DNA of 64,000 bases from Phoronis australis (lineage: Eukaryota > Animalia > Phoronida), in the NCBI GenBank assembly GCA_002633005.1, contig NMRA01000587.1:1-64000 (forward strand), read 5' to 3'. Every line of letters begins with the position of its first letter. Positions within the stretch are counted from its first letter, which is position 1. Both the position numbers and the translations under genes were made by a program. Below are positions 1 through 12,900 of this stretch, piece after piece. Below the pieces are notes generated by a model, which was given only the letters and a program-made list of their open reading frames with translations, had not been told where the DNA came from and did not search any database.

Positions 1-327
1 CACCATCATGAACAAATACGCCTATTACTTCTATTACTAATACTAGTACCTTTAGAGAATGAAATAGAAACTTATATATATTATGTATTAGGCGTCAATA
101 ACGGGCATCAAATTTAAATAAGTTTTTAATATATACACCTGGGGCACCCGGACACGAACAGCAACTTTTACTAATACATGTATTACTAGATCCAATTAAG
201 AAATTGAAATGATGTGTTGACAACATAAGTCTTGCCGAATGCGAGTGATATGAATTAAAACTTAAATATAAATCAGAGTTTCAAGATGAATCAGAATTTC
301 AACATATCTACATGTAAAAGTACTCAC

Positions 328-397
328 GTATTGGCTTTGTGCCAAACCCTTTTGCTTTCAGTTCAGGTTGCTTTTGTTGTGTCAAAGGCTGACCCAT
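328..397 (-). CDS. Candidate first coding exon (MGQPLTQQKQPELKAKGFGTKPI...) of a gene running off the left edge
   Basis: Minus-strand ATG in good context (accATGg) at 397, 23 open codons, then a consensus donor GTGAGT (plus 322-327). No homology recognised. Confidence 0.35.
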
Positions 398-1776
398 GGT
401 TTCATAGGGGGCTCGTGTGCTAGTGCAGCAGGCCTATTTATCTTTTAATAGCCCGATATTCAAAACAAAGAAATTGCCCACGTGAAATGCTTACTGTTTT
501 GCATCAATAAGCACAATGTGTGGGGAAGCTGAATTATGAGAAGCCATCTTATCCCACATCACTTCATTTTCACCAAAAGAATTTTAACAGCTTAGTCATG
601 AATGGTGTTCTTTCAATATTATATTTACATCTCACATTCAAAGAATCGGAATTTACTTCTGATTTTCCTAAGTTTAATTCATTTAAATTCGTGAAGGCGT
701 ACCAAAAGCGGCCGCTGAGCAAATACATGCTGTACACAGGGGCGGATGCAGGAATTCGAATTGCGGGGGAGGGCAGGGTCACGATAAAGACATATATTCA
801 TGCCAGTGGAATATAATGCATACATGTATGAACTAACAACATGAACGTGAATATTTAGACAATACTCCTACAAACGCAAATGAGAAAATTTTAAGTGTTT
901 AATACAAATAATAGTTTTGTTGGCTTACTATTACTGTAGTATGATCCTAAAATCAAGCAAACGTCATCTAATGGAACAGGTCTGAAAACTTTAGAAAGAT
1001 TTAGGTGTTCAAATCACAAATCACAAACAGGAAGCGAATCACTTGAGAGATTTCCCAGAGAGAGATTGATTATGCTCCGTTTTGTTGTAGATGGCGAATG
1101 GCTTTTTTAGAAAATATGATGCTGATTCCAACAGTTTCAGTTCAGCTAGTAAGTATCAGTGTGCAATTGATCACCGATGAAACGAAGTAAATATATTACG
1201 CATTTTTGTTTGGTGCTATTGTGTGTATGCGCCGGAGACCCGTTCTTGACGAGGGAATAAAGTATTGAATATAACTTAAAATGCACATTTTCGTATAGAA
1301 CCCACTCATCCGAGTGCCGTGTATCGCATACTCACTTTCGTGATTAGTATCCTCCTGGATCAGGCATCAGAATGCACATTGTTGCGTAGGCCGCCTAGAA
1401 AGTACTCAAGCCACGACAGTCTTGCTCAAAATTATGTTCTATTGAACCAATGTCCAATCGGTTGAACCAAGCGTTAATGATGCCCAAAAGTACTGTACAC
1501 GTAGGCAACAGAAAATCTGTCACTTGGGAGTTCACAAGCATGCAAGCACGAATGGCGATGATTTTTGAATAGAAACACATATGAATTCCAATGGTGGCTA
1601 CTGTTGTTTTACAAAATTGGAAGCGTTTTAGGGGGACAATGTCCCTTATAGGACAAAGATGTAACTTGGATGATGTTCTTGTTTTAGTGATATTCCGTTA
1701 ACAAATTTAGTCGGTGAACGTTCTTAATCAAAGAGAAGAACGGAATAAAGTTATTTGTTCCTGTTTTTGAATAGTT

Positions 1777-1780
<4 letters not shown>

Positions 1781-1838
<58 letters not shown>

Positions 1839-1912
1839 CTTTATTTAAAGAGGATAAAAATACAATAAATTTAAAACATGCTTTAGCCGAAGGCTAATAT
1901 CCAGCATGGTCA
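1781..1912 (-). mobile_element. 5'-truncated non-LTR retroelement (LINE/SINE) 3' end with (TTA)n tail
   Basis: (TAA)n microsatellite at 1781-1836. On the minus strand it follows AATAAAG and a small stem-loop (plus ttagccgaaggctaa, ~1883-1897), the usual layout of CR1/L2-type 3' ends. Confidence 0.5.
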
Positions 1913-2769
1913 TGATTTACAATGAATCCCCGGATGTTGATCCAGCGGCGCAAGATTTTGCCTCACAAATATATTGGCACTTGTAAAAATTGAGAGGTTT
2001 AACTATACGTCAGCATATTTGGAATGTTTTTCACTAGCAAGGAAAGTAACCCAAAAGCGTTTTTCAAGGGTGACCGAATCCTTCAAATTACGAAATAAGT
2101 AATTCGGATGTTTCCTCGTCATAGGAAGCGAACTAGAACGGATTACCTCTATAAATTTGTGGCCACGGCTGAATTTCGAACAGTCTCTCGAATTGACTAA
2201 GAGATCCACTTCCTTGAGCAAGATGAAATTGGTAAGAAGTTTTAAGGTGGATGGTTCATTTTAATTTAAAATATGAAAATACAAGACGACCAGGATTTTG
2301 TTTTGGAAATGATCATTTTTCTTCTTGTTTTGCGATTTTATAAAACTATCGTACAAATTACGTTTGACTTAGAATTTATTTATTGCGACAAGAAGAATTT
2401 TAAATTGACAATTTCAATCTTTTTGGTGATTATCTAGCCTTCTGTTTCCACGGAATTTGAGCAAAATTTGATTTTCATAAATCAACAAATAACATGGAAA
2501 CCATTCGCAAAACACATCAGTATTCGTATACATTGTTTGCCTGGCACACGACTTCATAAACCTGAAGTTCAGTGATGTTTTTAGATTTTGCTATTTCGTT
2601 GCGCACACTCAGAAGGTCAAATTCTAACAAAATTAGTATAAAGTTCTGCTTATTTTAAAAAGTAGGTTTTAGTAAAACGATATCAATTTGAATATTGGTT
2701 TGAATACATCGATTTTGCGCTTGATGAAGTTTACAATTAAAATAAAGCGGGAGCACTATGTGTTTAAAA

Positions 2770-3020
2770 TTCACGCGCTCTAGGTGGCGCTACGTGACGC
2801 AAGCTAGTGGCTAGTGAAACTTAGACCACATGCTTTGCTTGTAACGGGCGGCGGTATCTCATGAATATTTCGTGATCCAGCCAAACACCAAGAAACTAGC
2901 CCAACGGAACGTAGCCACGGGTTGCGTCATCTGCCGACGCAAGACACTCGCGAACACTTGTGGGCTCTCGTTTTTGTGGCAAAAATTGCTTTAGGAGACG
3001 TAGTCTAGATTACGTGACCG
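2770..3020. promoter_or_regulatory. CpG-enriched promoter-like segment with bZIP sites and a CTCF-like half motif
   Basis: CTAGGTGGCGCTA near 2780, TGACGCAA near 2795 and TTGCGTCAT near 2922, with locally raised CpG in an AT-rich background. Confidence 0.3.
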
Positions 3021-3929
3021 CTTCTAATGTCGCAGTAAAATAATCCGTGAATCCGTTTGAAATTGTCTGTATTCACAATTTGTGTTACGTCTGCCTCGTG
3101 CAAATGATTTGTTGAGGATGCTGCACTAAGCAGTATATGTTTTTGCCCAATTTTCGAGGTGACAACTAAGTACAGTTAAACAACTTATTTAAAATTTGAA
3201 TACCAAATCTAATCGTCGTACATGGTGGATGTCCAAGTGAGCTTGACTAAACAGTCTAAACTAATTGTGATTATATCCTAAATCTAGTACTTAGCTATAA
3301 ACAGCGTGTTATAACCACTTATGGTAAAGCAAAATGTTTGTTTTGTGCCAGTCGTATTTTTTGAACTGGTGCTACAAACTGAATCCATTCTGATTTACTT
3401 TTTGTTTAAAATGGGATTTATTTCAATATTATTTATGGGCGTGAACGCATTTTGCTTCATTCTTAAACGTTTATTAAACGACAAACTTTTTCTAATGATT
3501 ATTAAACGCATATCCCCTGGCTGAGGAGTGTTGACAATACTGTCCTCGCATACCAGCACCAAATGACCAAACTCCATGTTGGCTTGTGTGAACAATTAAG
3601 TGTTTCAGTTATTGACTTTTGAAGTACATGTCTTTTTAGATCTTCGTTTGTGCTCTCCTGGCTTGTGTAGCCGGCCTGCTCCAAGCTGGTGGTGCCACGA
3701 AGTACGACATCCAGGATGGTAACGTCGATAACGTGGATGACACAAATCCCAGCGCACGTTACTTTTACATAAACTTTCCACAACAATGTAATAAAATGAA
3801 GACCCTGTCATGAGCCATCCATTAATGTTCATGCTATGATAAAACCAACAACTGCAATATTCATAATCCTAAAATTGTCTCAAGTGATATGAACACAAAA
3901 AAGAATCTGTGATGGACAGATAAATAAGT

Positions 3930-4240
3930 TCTCAAGGCATCCTCAAGGAAGGAGGTACCAAACCCTTGCAGTGACAATTGATAGTGGAGTACCTTCCAGT
4001 AAACAGACGCTCAGTGGAGTTCCTTACACAGACTTGTGGTATCCTCAAGGAAGGGGGCCAAACCCTTTCACTGACTACTGTACGTCACCGAGGTACCTTA
4101 GAGACTTGTGGCATCCTCAAGGAAAGGGGGCCAAACCCTTTCACTGACCAAGTCAGTGGAGTACCTTACACAGACTTGTGGCGTCCTTAAGGAAGGGGGG
4201 CCAAACCCTTTCTGACTATCATAAGTCATTGGAGTATCTA
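3930..4240. repeat. Minisatellite, 4 degenerate units of about 70-100 bp
   Basis: Core ggcatcctcaaggaagggggccaaaccctttcactgac recurs at ~3936, 4038, 4110 and 4180; the intervening segments are homologous (gtggagtaccttacacagacttgt). Confidence 0.85.
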
Positions 4241-6932
4241 TATGCAACACTGAGTTATTCCAGCACTTCAAAGTCCCTTTGACCAAAGTCATCAATCAGC
4301 CGAAAGGAGTAGATAGCCTCATCTTCGTCGTAATGGATATTAAACTAAGACAGATATCCGAGGACCTGAAAGAATACTATAATTCATAAATGATTTGTTG
4401 CTATGGCATATAAGAATTATTTGAACAGTGTTATGCGAAAATGTTACCCTACTTGGAAATTATGCACAACATTTTAACAAAGGTGACATAATACTATCAA
4501 ACTACAAGGTTGTGAAAAGAAAAAAGAAATAGCTAGATAGGTCATGTCAGTATTTGTCTGACAGTGTCTTAAGAGGTGGTGTTGGCATAGGAGCTGAAAA
4601 GCACCGCCTGATAGGTGGAGGGGAGAGCCAAAGTGAAGGAGGCTTTGACCGTGTGTCCACGAGACCCTGTCCAACTGAATAACTGACAAAATGCAAGTAG
4701 AATCAGTAGAAGCAGGAAAATAGAAGGATATAGACCAAGAGCTAGAAGCAGAGTCTGGTGAGAAAGAAATGTAAGACATGATGATGATAGAAACTGATAA
4801 ATAGGAGTGAAATTATAACAACAAAAATAATGAAGAAAATAACAACTGGTTTGGTCCACAGCAACTTCCAACAAAGCTTACCTGGAGGATATAGATCAGG
4901 GTGAGATTTATGAACAATCTAGGCAAACCTCAATTGTTCTGTTAAAAATTATATATACTGGCCCGTGGTCAGAAAAAAAGTTTATCGAAAGCATGTGTTT
5001 CATAGTAGTGGACCACAAAGTCTTGGAAACACAGGACTGCAGTAGAACTGTACATTTGTAATATTTGTTTAATCTAAACTTAAAATATTTTCATTTTCTA
5101 TCTTGACATATTCTGACTAAAATGTCATGACCAATAAGGCAAAATGGGTGTGGACCTCTCTGGCAACAAGCCAACCCAAGTCTATCAGTGGTTTGACCAA
5201 CAAAAATGTGAAGCAAAATAGAAAAAAAAAAAACTTAAATATAAAAATCATTGTTCTCACTACGAGAAATAACTGTTTAGTTTTCTTTTACATTGAGTTT
5301 TCATCAGGAAAAGTTGAAGTGCTTCAGTATTGTAAACCAAACATTCAATACGATTCACAGGACCACCCCTAGCGGCAGTACTCGGAACTACGAAGTGAGT
5401 CAGAAATTCGCCTGATTGTCAGAAATTGACGAAGTTTTTATTTGGAACAAGTGTCTGAAATAGTTCATTAATGAACCCTTTAGTGCGGAATACAGTTCAT
5501 TACATTCGCAAATTATGCTATATACCAATAAATTCAGATCAAAGTTGAAGGTCGCGGGAACAGGCGACTTTTTCAACTTTTAAGTGCAGGGAAGTGAAAA
5601 CTACTCACATAATCGTGTTCGCAAGGCTCCCTTTTGTTCTTTCACGAAGTTTCACGTAAAAATTCGCGAGTTTAGTCTTCTCCTGGGTTGAAAACCAAAT
5701 AGCAGTCATTTTTACCGGCAGCCATTTTGGTCTGAAAAATCGGTCACGTCCCTGCAAAAAACTTGTGCAAAGTATTATTAAACGAATTTTGCGACAAAAA
5801 AGATTATCAGATAAGTAAAACAATATATTATTTCATACTTTATGATAATTTTTATTCACATTTATTACATTTTTGAGTGATTTTTTGCCGATTGTAGTGA
5901 GCGAATTTAACACGGTGACAGATACGCGAAGGGATTTGATGACGTATGTTGTCCTCGCTAATTAGAGACGATATGGTACCATCTACTCAGAAGATGGACA
6001 CATGACACAGACTCACAGTGCTGTGCGTGAGCTTGGAATCCTGCATATAATCTCAAGATTAAGCTGAAGTGAGCGTTGCATGAACTCGGAATTGAATATT
6101 CTTTAAGGCAAACGGGAAATTTTGTTCGCTGAAAATTTTTGTAATTATTGGCCTCACGATCAACCATTTTCTCCTTTACCGTAACTTGTATCGCTGAACC
6201 GGAGGAATATGTGAATGGCTAAATTGATTATTGTATAGTGAAACTGATCGCCTACAGTTGAAAAGGTTGGTTAAAATAGACATTTTATTTAAATCATTTT
6301 AAATGTAACTTGATTTAGTGCAGTGCAAATTTTTAAGAACATGAATGCGATTCTTTGAGTGAACTTGTCAAGTTGCCTCGAGCATTCCAAGTTCACGCAA
6401 CACTCACTTCCGCTTAATCTTGAAATTAAGCACGATTCCAAGTTCACGTACAACATTGCGACTGCGAGTCTGTGTCGTGTGCAGTTGCACACGTCTGACG
6501 GTCTGTTTACTGTTAATAACCCATTGAAAAAATTACAGTCTAAGAACCTTCCTCGGTCATATTTACAACAGAACCTAACTATCAAAATAAAAAAGAAAGG
6601 CTTATTGTTACCGCATGCGCTCAGGAACAAATTCTTTAAAGCGTTCAAAGGATAAAACTTCATAGATTCCAGGTTGCAGTAAAAATTCGCGAATCAAGTT
6701 CCCCGCCATTGCCCTACTAGTTTTTGATCTTCAGCCTGTAGAGAGCGAATAACTAATTGGGGATGAACAGAAAGCGTAAAGTGTGCTTTTTCTATTATGA
6801 ATAATGAATTTATGTAACCAGGTTATATGTACACATCGCTCGTATGAAAATACGATCACTCATTAAATACTTTTTGACATAAAGGCCAATAACTGAAAGT
6901 AAATCTGGACCATTGCGAATTAAGGTAGGATA

Positions 6933-6950
6933 GTAACCATGATGACGTCA
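6933..6950 (+). promoter_or_regulatory. Proximal promoter of the TPR gene: X-box-like motif overlapping a full CRE
   Basis: GTAACCATGATGAC (6933-6946, resembles the RFX X-box) overlaps TGACGTCA (6943-6950), 46 nt upstream of the proposed ATG at 6996. Confidence 0.45.
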
Positions 6951-6995
6951 CAGGTCGTCATCAACATTTCGTGAACACAGTGGCCAGGGTTCAAC

Positions 6996-9900
6996 ATGGA
7001 GCGCAGGTGAGATAAGATTTTACACCGTCGAAAGTTCTTGATTAGTTTCCATGAACGCGTGAGCCTCATTAACATTTCTCGTGGTTCTTCAGAGGCTAGT
7101 ATTGCTATCGATCATGCAAATATAGCGTGAGTGTGCAGTGAGTGCGTAGCGAGACGGTATTCGACATGTCTCGATAGGCCTACGGCTACATGTCACTCAT
7201 AGTGTACCCAATTATCGGACGGAACCTAAATATGGGACATTTCATAAAATCTTACTTGAAGCATAATCTGAGAATTAAGTGACACCAATTTTTGTTCTGC
7301 TGTAATGTATTCAATGTTCGGCACCGTCCCGTTTTTTTTACAGCGTTGCCTCGTATTCGCCGTATTGATTTCACCGAGAGAGGGTGCAGTTTAGACCCCC
7401 AAAAATACAGCTAGGTACCAGTAACACTGTGTGTTTTTCTTCCATAAACCCCGAAATTGCACACAGCCAGGGTATTTCTGCTCGTCAACTCGCCGTGAAA
7501 CCTATATCAACATGTAGAGCTAAAGACCGGACAGAGTGCATGCACAATCTGGGAATCAAACGATCGACACTCACCTTGCCCTGCCCCTTACAGCTGTTTA
7601 AGTCGCAACAATCTAATAGACATCCTTTTCTTGCGTAATCCTCTGCCTTTTCTAACAAAGAAAATTTGTACGCTTGTGACACGTGCACTATACGGCCATT
7701 GTGACATCTCTCGGGAGGTAGCTTAATTCGCAACAGCAAAATTTCTTCTGAGTGAAATTCGGTTTTTCGGTATCAAAATTCTAAAAACTTATAATGAAGT
7801 TATACCTGTTCCAATAATTTTTCGTGACGTGTACGCAACTCTTGAAAGAACAACAGTTGACGGAATCGGTGAAAAAAGAAACTTGTCAATAATTAAGTGA
7901 CGCAGTCGCTAACGTAGAATTGTCACAATTCTACGTTAGCGACTGAGTGATGAGGACTTGACAGGGTCCTCGGGGGTCTCATGCCCCACTGGTTTATATT
8001 CACTAGTTTGAAAAGGCTTTGCCCAGTTACACGTAAAAGAGATCATGCAGCTAATGCGGCAAGTAGAACTATACTCTCGTTTATCACATTGGTGTAGAAT
8101 CACAGTGGAACTGTGGTTTTCTGTTTAGCCCAGACCGTCCGGAGTTGCACTATATACCAACTACGGATGTTGTCTCACAACGATTTAGCGTTATGGATCG
8201 CCCCACTACTTTTAAGCAGCAGAATAACGGTAGAACTCCATTTTTTCTAACACAGTTATATAATCAATTTTACTGAAGGAAGACAGTGGTTTTTAATGGT
8301 AAACATTAATTTTGTGTCAGATTTTATCTTACTGCTTAATTTTTTACCCATGCACATCGGTGCAAAGTTGTATTATTTAGTATACAGCTTTGTACCAAGG
8401 CTACACTGACCTACACTACAGCAGTCACCGAGTTAGACAGTGACCACCGTCGCTAGTTGAAATACAGGTGTTGAAGCTCCTATAGGCGCTTCATAGAACT
8501 GAAGGTTTTCGGTGAATTATGCCTCTCACACTATAGGGTAATGGCAAGCACTGTTGCTGCAGTTATTTGACATGAAACTGGCTTTAAGATGTGGTAATTA
8601 AATTGTGTTGTATTTTCCAGAATGACATTAAGGAGTAAAACAAAGAATGACAAGAGGAAGTATGGCCTTCTTGCCTCCGACATAGAGAAGTATACACGTG
8701 TAGGTAGCCAGGAGCTGCAGAAAGGAAATTTAACGAGGGCGTGCGAGGCATTTGAATTTGCGTATCGTCGCTCACTGCAGCTAGGGGAAGGCTACACAGA
8801 ACGAGCATGTTCGCTGAATGTCGGCGCAATCTATGTCGCATTGGGACGTTACGAGCAAGGTTTGGAGTTCTTGCAAAAAGCTGTTCCCCCCATGAACAAA
8901 ACAGACAGCCGGTCCAATGGCGACTTGTACTACAACTTTGGAATTGGCTATGAGGGTCTTGGGAAATTTTCCGAGGCAGTCAAGTATTATGAGAAAGCCG
9001 CTGAAGAATATAAATCTGACGGTTTAGTCTTGGCAAACTCTGATTCTAAAGTATTACTTGATATCTATTCACATCTGGCAACTATCTACAGCAAACAAGG
9101 TGATCACGTGAAAGTTGCAAAAAGCTATGAATTTTTGTCAGCGGAATGTTTACGATTGAAATTTCCTATTCTTCGTGTCCAAGCGATGTCGCAGCAAGCT
9201 AACCACCTACATTCTGCCTTGGACTTAGACAGAGCCACGGCTGTTAGCGACGAGTGCTTTGACCTGTGTGTGAAGCTTGATGAATCCACGACTCTGGGTA
9301 AATCTATTAGATAAAAATTCGGATCAATGCTTGACTTAACTTATTGCTGTGCCATTAGGCCTATGGTTGTCTGTGTGGAATTGCGCTAATATGCGAACCA
9401 CTTCGGTAAAAATGATCGTGAAAAAAAGGACTAATTCGGTTATATATGCCATGGGTCAGGCACAGCAATAGAGTAGTACAAAATTTGAAAGTACCTCTAG
9501 AAACTCAAAAAATAGAGACAAACGCAAAAGTCAGCTATAGTCAAAACGGATGCTTTTATGAGCAAATATGGGCCCATGCAGGGGACATTACCTGCACCTA
9601 TATGCAAAACTTAGGTGCATGTGCTACTAGTAATTAATGGCAGGGCGTATTCTTTATTACAACTTGTTGTCATGTCATTTTTTTCCTAACAAATTGAAGC
9701 TATTGAGTATGAGTCCTGCTTGAGAAAACAATAAGTTAAGTTATCATTAAAAAGTCGCATCACTGTATCCTGAAGTAAATTTATTCAACTGGGTCAAGCT
9801 TAAACTTATCACCGTAATGCCACACACTGATTTTAAAAGCAGTACGAGTTGCAGAGATATTTTATTCCGTTTGCAGTCTAATAGAGGCGTAAACCTGTGT

Positions 9901-12900
9901 TCTGTAATAAAGCGTTTTATTTAATTGTGTCCCTGTTCCATGCAGCTAAGGTGTTCAACCAGCTAGGCCTGATCTACACGCAGTGTAAAGTCTACCAGAA
10001 GGCTGCATCGTGCTTCGAGGTGGCGCTACCCATGACAAGAGGGTTACACACCAACCGTTCAGTCGAGGCAGTCATCATGCAAAATCTGGGTGCTGTGTAT
10101 AATTCCATGGGAGATTATCAACGCTCTATCACTCTACACGAGGGTGCTGTTGACCTTCATGGTGAGAGCCTGGGTATTTAATATAGGAAATTGAATTTAT
10201 GCTGTGCCCCTATTTGTGACAATTGCCCAGGAAAGCATACAAGGATGCTGCCAGACATTTTGTCAGACATGTGCTGACCTCTAGGTGGACAACTGGAGGC
10301 AACAGTCACTTACTTTTGAGAACCAGTTTTCTCCACTGGTTACCAAGCTTCAAACTGGTTCTCAAAATTGGGGACCCATGCATATGACTATTATTCCACA
10401 TTTTTAGAACCAGTGAGTTTCCCCCACTGAATAACGGGCATGAAACTGCATGGTTCTGCAGGGCACCTGTAAGGGACTATTGCCCAAGGTACAGAACAGT
10501 CAGAGACTAATTGTCTTCTTCCTGAAGTGTCTGCAGTGAGCATGAACGAAAGCAAACAAAAGGCTGCGAAACGTAGAGAGTTCTGCATTCTTTTCTCTGC
10601 ACCAATGCTGGTGAATTCAGTTCTTTTTGTAAATGTAATTTCTCTTGCTATAAACTGTTCAATATTACAACTGCGAGGTTATTCGTCTCAGTCTGTCTAC
10701 CCCAACTGCATATACATACTAGGCTACACAAGACAAGGCTGTGTTGCTTAATCTTATTTGTGAGTGCATTTTGTTGATGGCGAGAATTGCACGAGTCTCA
10801 TTCTGAAGTTTAATTGAAAAGCATGATGTTGCCACCGTTATAAGGTCATCCAATGGCTGAGTGTTGAAAACCTGTCATTACAGTGATGTTGAAGGTCTCT
10901 AAAGCACCTTTTGTGTTGATGAGATATTGCTCAGATATTGTCATGTATGACAACTGAGCCTATGAGAGCACTATAGCTTTCATGAGCTAGTGACAGTCAT
11001 GATTAAGAATACCCTCGGTCATTTCGGTGGCTTCATCATATTGACTCTTTAATTTCAGGTCAAGTTGGTAACCGTTCGGGTCAAGGTCAGTGCTTCATGA
11101 ACCTAGCGTTTGCCTTCACTCAACTTCAAGACCCCACCTCTGCTGGGGACGCCTACCTCCACGCTCTGCAAGCTGCCAAAGACACTGGTAGGATCCGTCT
11201 ATTGAGTTCAGAGAGAGTCATATACTATTTATGAAACCACTGCATTAGCGACACTAAGTTGACGACAATCTTTAATCGATTCTCATAAGGACTAGGTACC
11301 TCAAACCCAATTAAATATTTGAAGTGAAGCGCAATTGCCCCATTCCCAGCCAACACAATAGAGATCTATATGGCTGGGCTGTCAACAGGTAATGAGGTGT
11401 AATAAAACATTACATAGGCCACCAAGCAGCTCAAGCATCTGGTCTGAATTCAATGGGCTATTGTGTTCACATTAGCAAATTTCAACTGTTGGAAGATCAT
11501 CGTCCAACTGTCAATGAATGTTTACCCACATGGTGTCCTCTTGATTGGACTCATAATTTTCCTTACCGTGATTGGATTCTATTTCTGTCACCACCTACAT
11601 CATGGTAACCATCAGTAGGCATATGTATGCATTGCTTCTGACTTGAGTTAGCAGTGGAACTTGAATTGTATTAAATTAAAGAAATACTTTGCAGACCAGT
11701 TTTAGGAGAATAAAATGCGAAGTTCATATTTCAATTTTCAATTTCAGCCAGCTTTAAATAAAGTACCCATTTCATACATGTACTCAACTGAAATACAGCA
11801 GTTACACAACTGTAATTGATGGGTATTCTGCTTTGGGAAGAATGTCTAAAATAATTGGAATTTGGCTTTTAAGATTTTTTGTTCCAGATGCTGCCACCCA
11901 TACAGAAGGTCACAGAAAATATTTCATTTGGTCAGTATTCTCAACCTTAATGGGTCACCAGTTGAGTTAATCCTGTCTGTTCACAGTGATATCTCTGTTG
12001 TTTCCTAGGTGACAAGGTGTGTCAGTGGCAGGCACTAGAGGGCCTTGCTGGTGTGGCTTGTACTAGGAATGACTCGGAGAAGGCAGTCACCTACTACAAG
12101 CAGGCCTTAAGCATACTAGCGGCGACCCCTGGTGACAAGACAGAGGTGCAGGAGAGGATTGTGGGCAAACTAACTGATGCCCTCAAGAACCAGGTGGAAC
12201 AGGTATGTTGGGTACAATACAGGTCACAAATTTTCCTGGTCCAGATGTCAATGACGGTGTCTAGAGAGCGGGGATGGCTTTCATTTTCAATAGTTCTGAT
12301 TAGCATTCAATCCATTTTGAGAACATTTCGCAAGAGGTGACGCTAGTTTGCTAAGCAAAGTCTAGTTTTCAACTGAGTTTTTCCTGTTAGGTGAATGTAC
12401 AACGCACTTTGGTAAATAATGCAGATGTATATAATTTATTTAGGCAAATTTTTGGATTTACTTCTCTGCCCTCAGTTGGAAGTATGGATAAAGACATTTG
12501 TTGAAATATCATAGCAAAAGTGTGATATCTGATTTTGTAAGTGCATCTCTGCTAAATGTTAAATTTGCTTCGCTAGGCAGCTGTCCCTCCTTGTGATCCC
12601 CGGCGATCCAAGCACTGAATTGTTGTTGCTTGTTCAGCAAAATAATCATGCAGACCTGTGTACCATACGCAAAACATGCGGATTCTTACGGAAATCAAGC
12701 CTCCAGTACACAAGTATGCACAGCCAGGCAAAAATACGCAAATTCAGCAAATTCAAAAGAGATTATTAATTTGCTTGTTTCTCAATAAATACGCCGATTT
12801 GTAGTCGAAACGGACGAAGAAGAAGATTTTAATGATAGAAATTTAAAAAAATATTGTAAATTAAAATCATTATTTTAGCCAAAAAGTTGAGCTACAAACT

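Noticed and set aside
1336-2221. Additional minus-strand exons (1336-1394; ORF 2003-2221)
   Set aside because: The first has stops in all three frames (at best UTR); the second lacks convincing splice sites or recognisable homology.
3930-4240. Repeat-spacer-like array that could be taken for CRISPR
   Set aside because: The spacers are homologous to each other, the repeats are degenerate, the context is eukaryotic and there are no cas genes: a minisatellite.
4560-4790. Purine-rich, coding-looking segment followed by gtaag
   Set aside because: Stops interrupt the plausible frames and there is no recognisable motif; probably a decayed repeat or exon.
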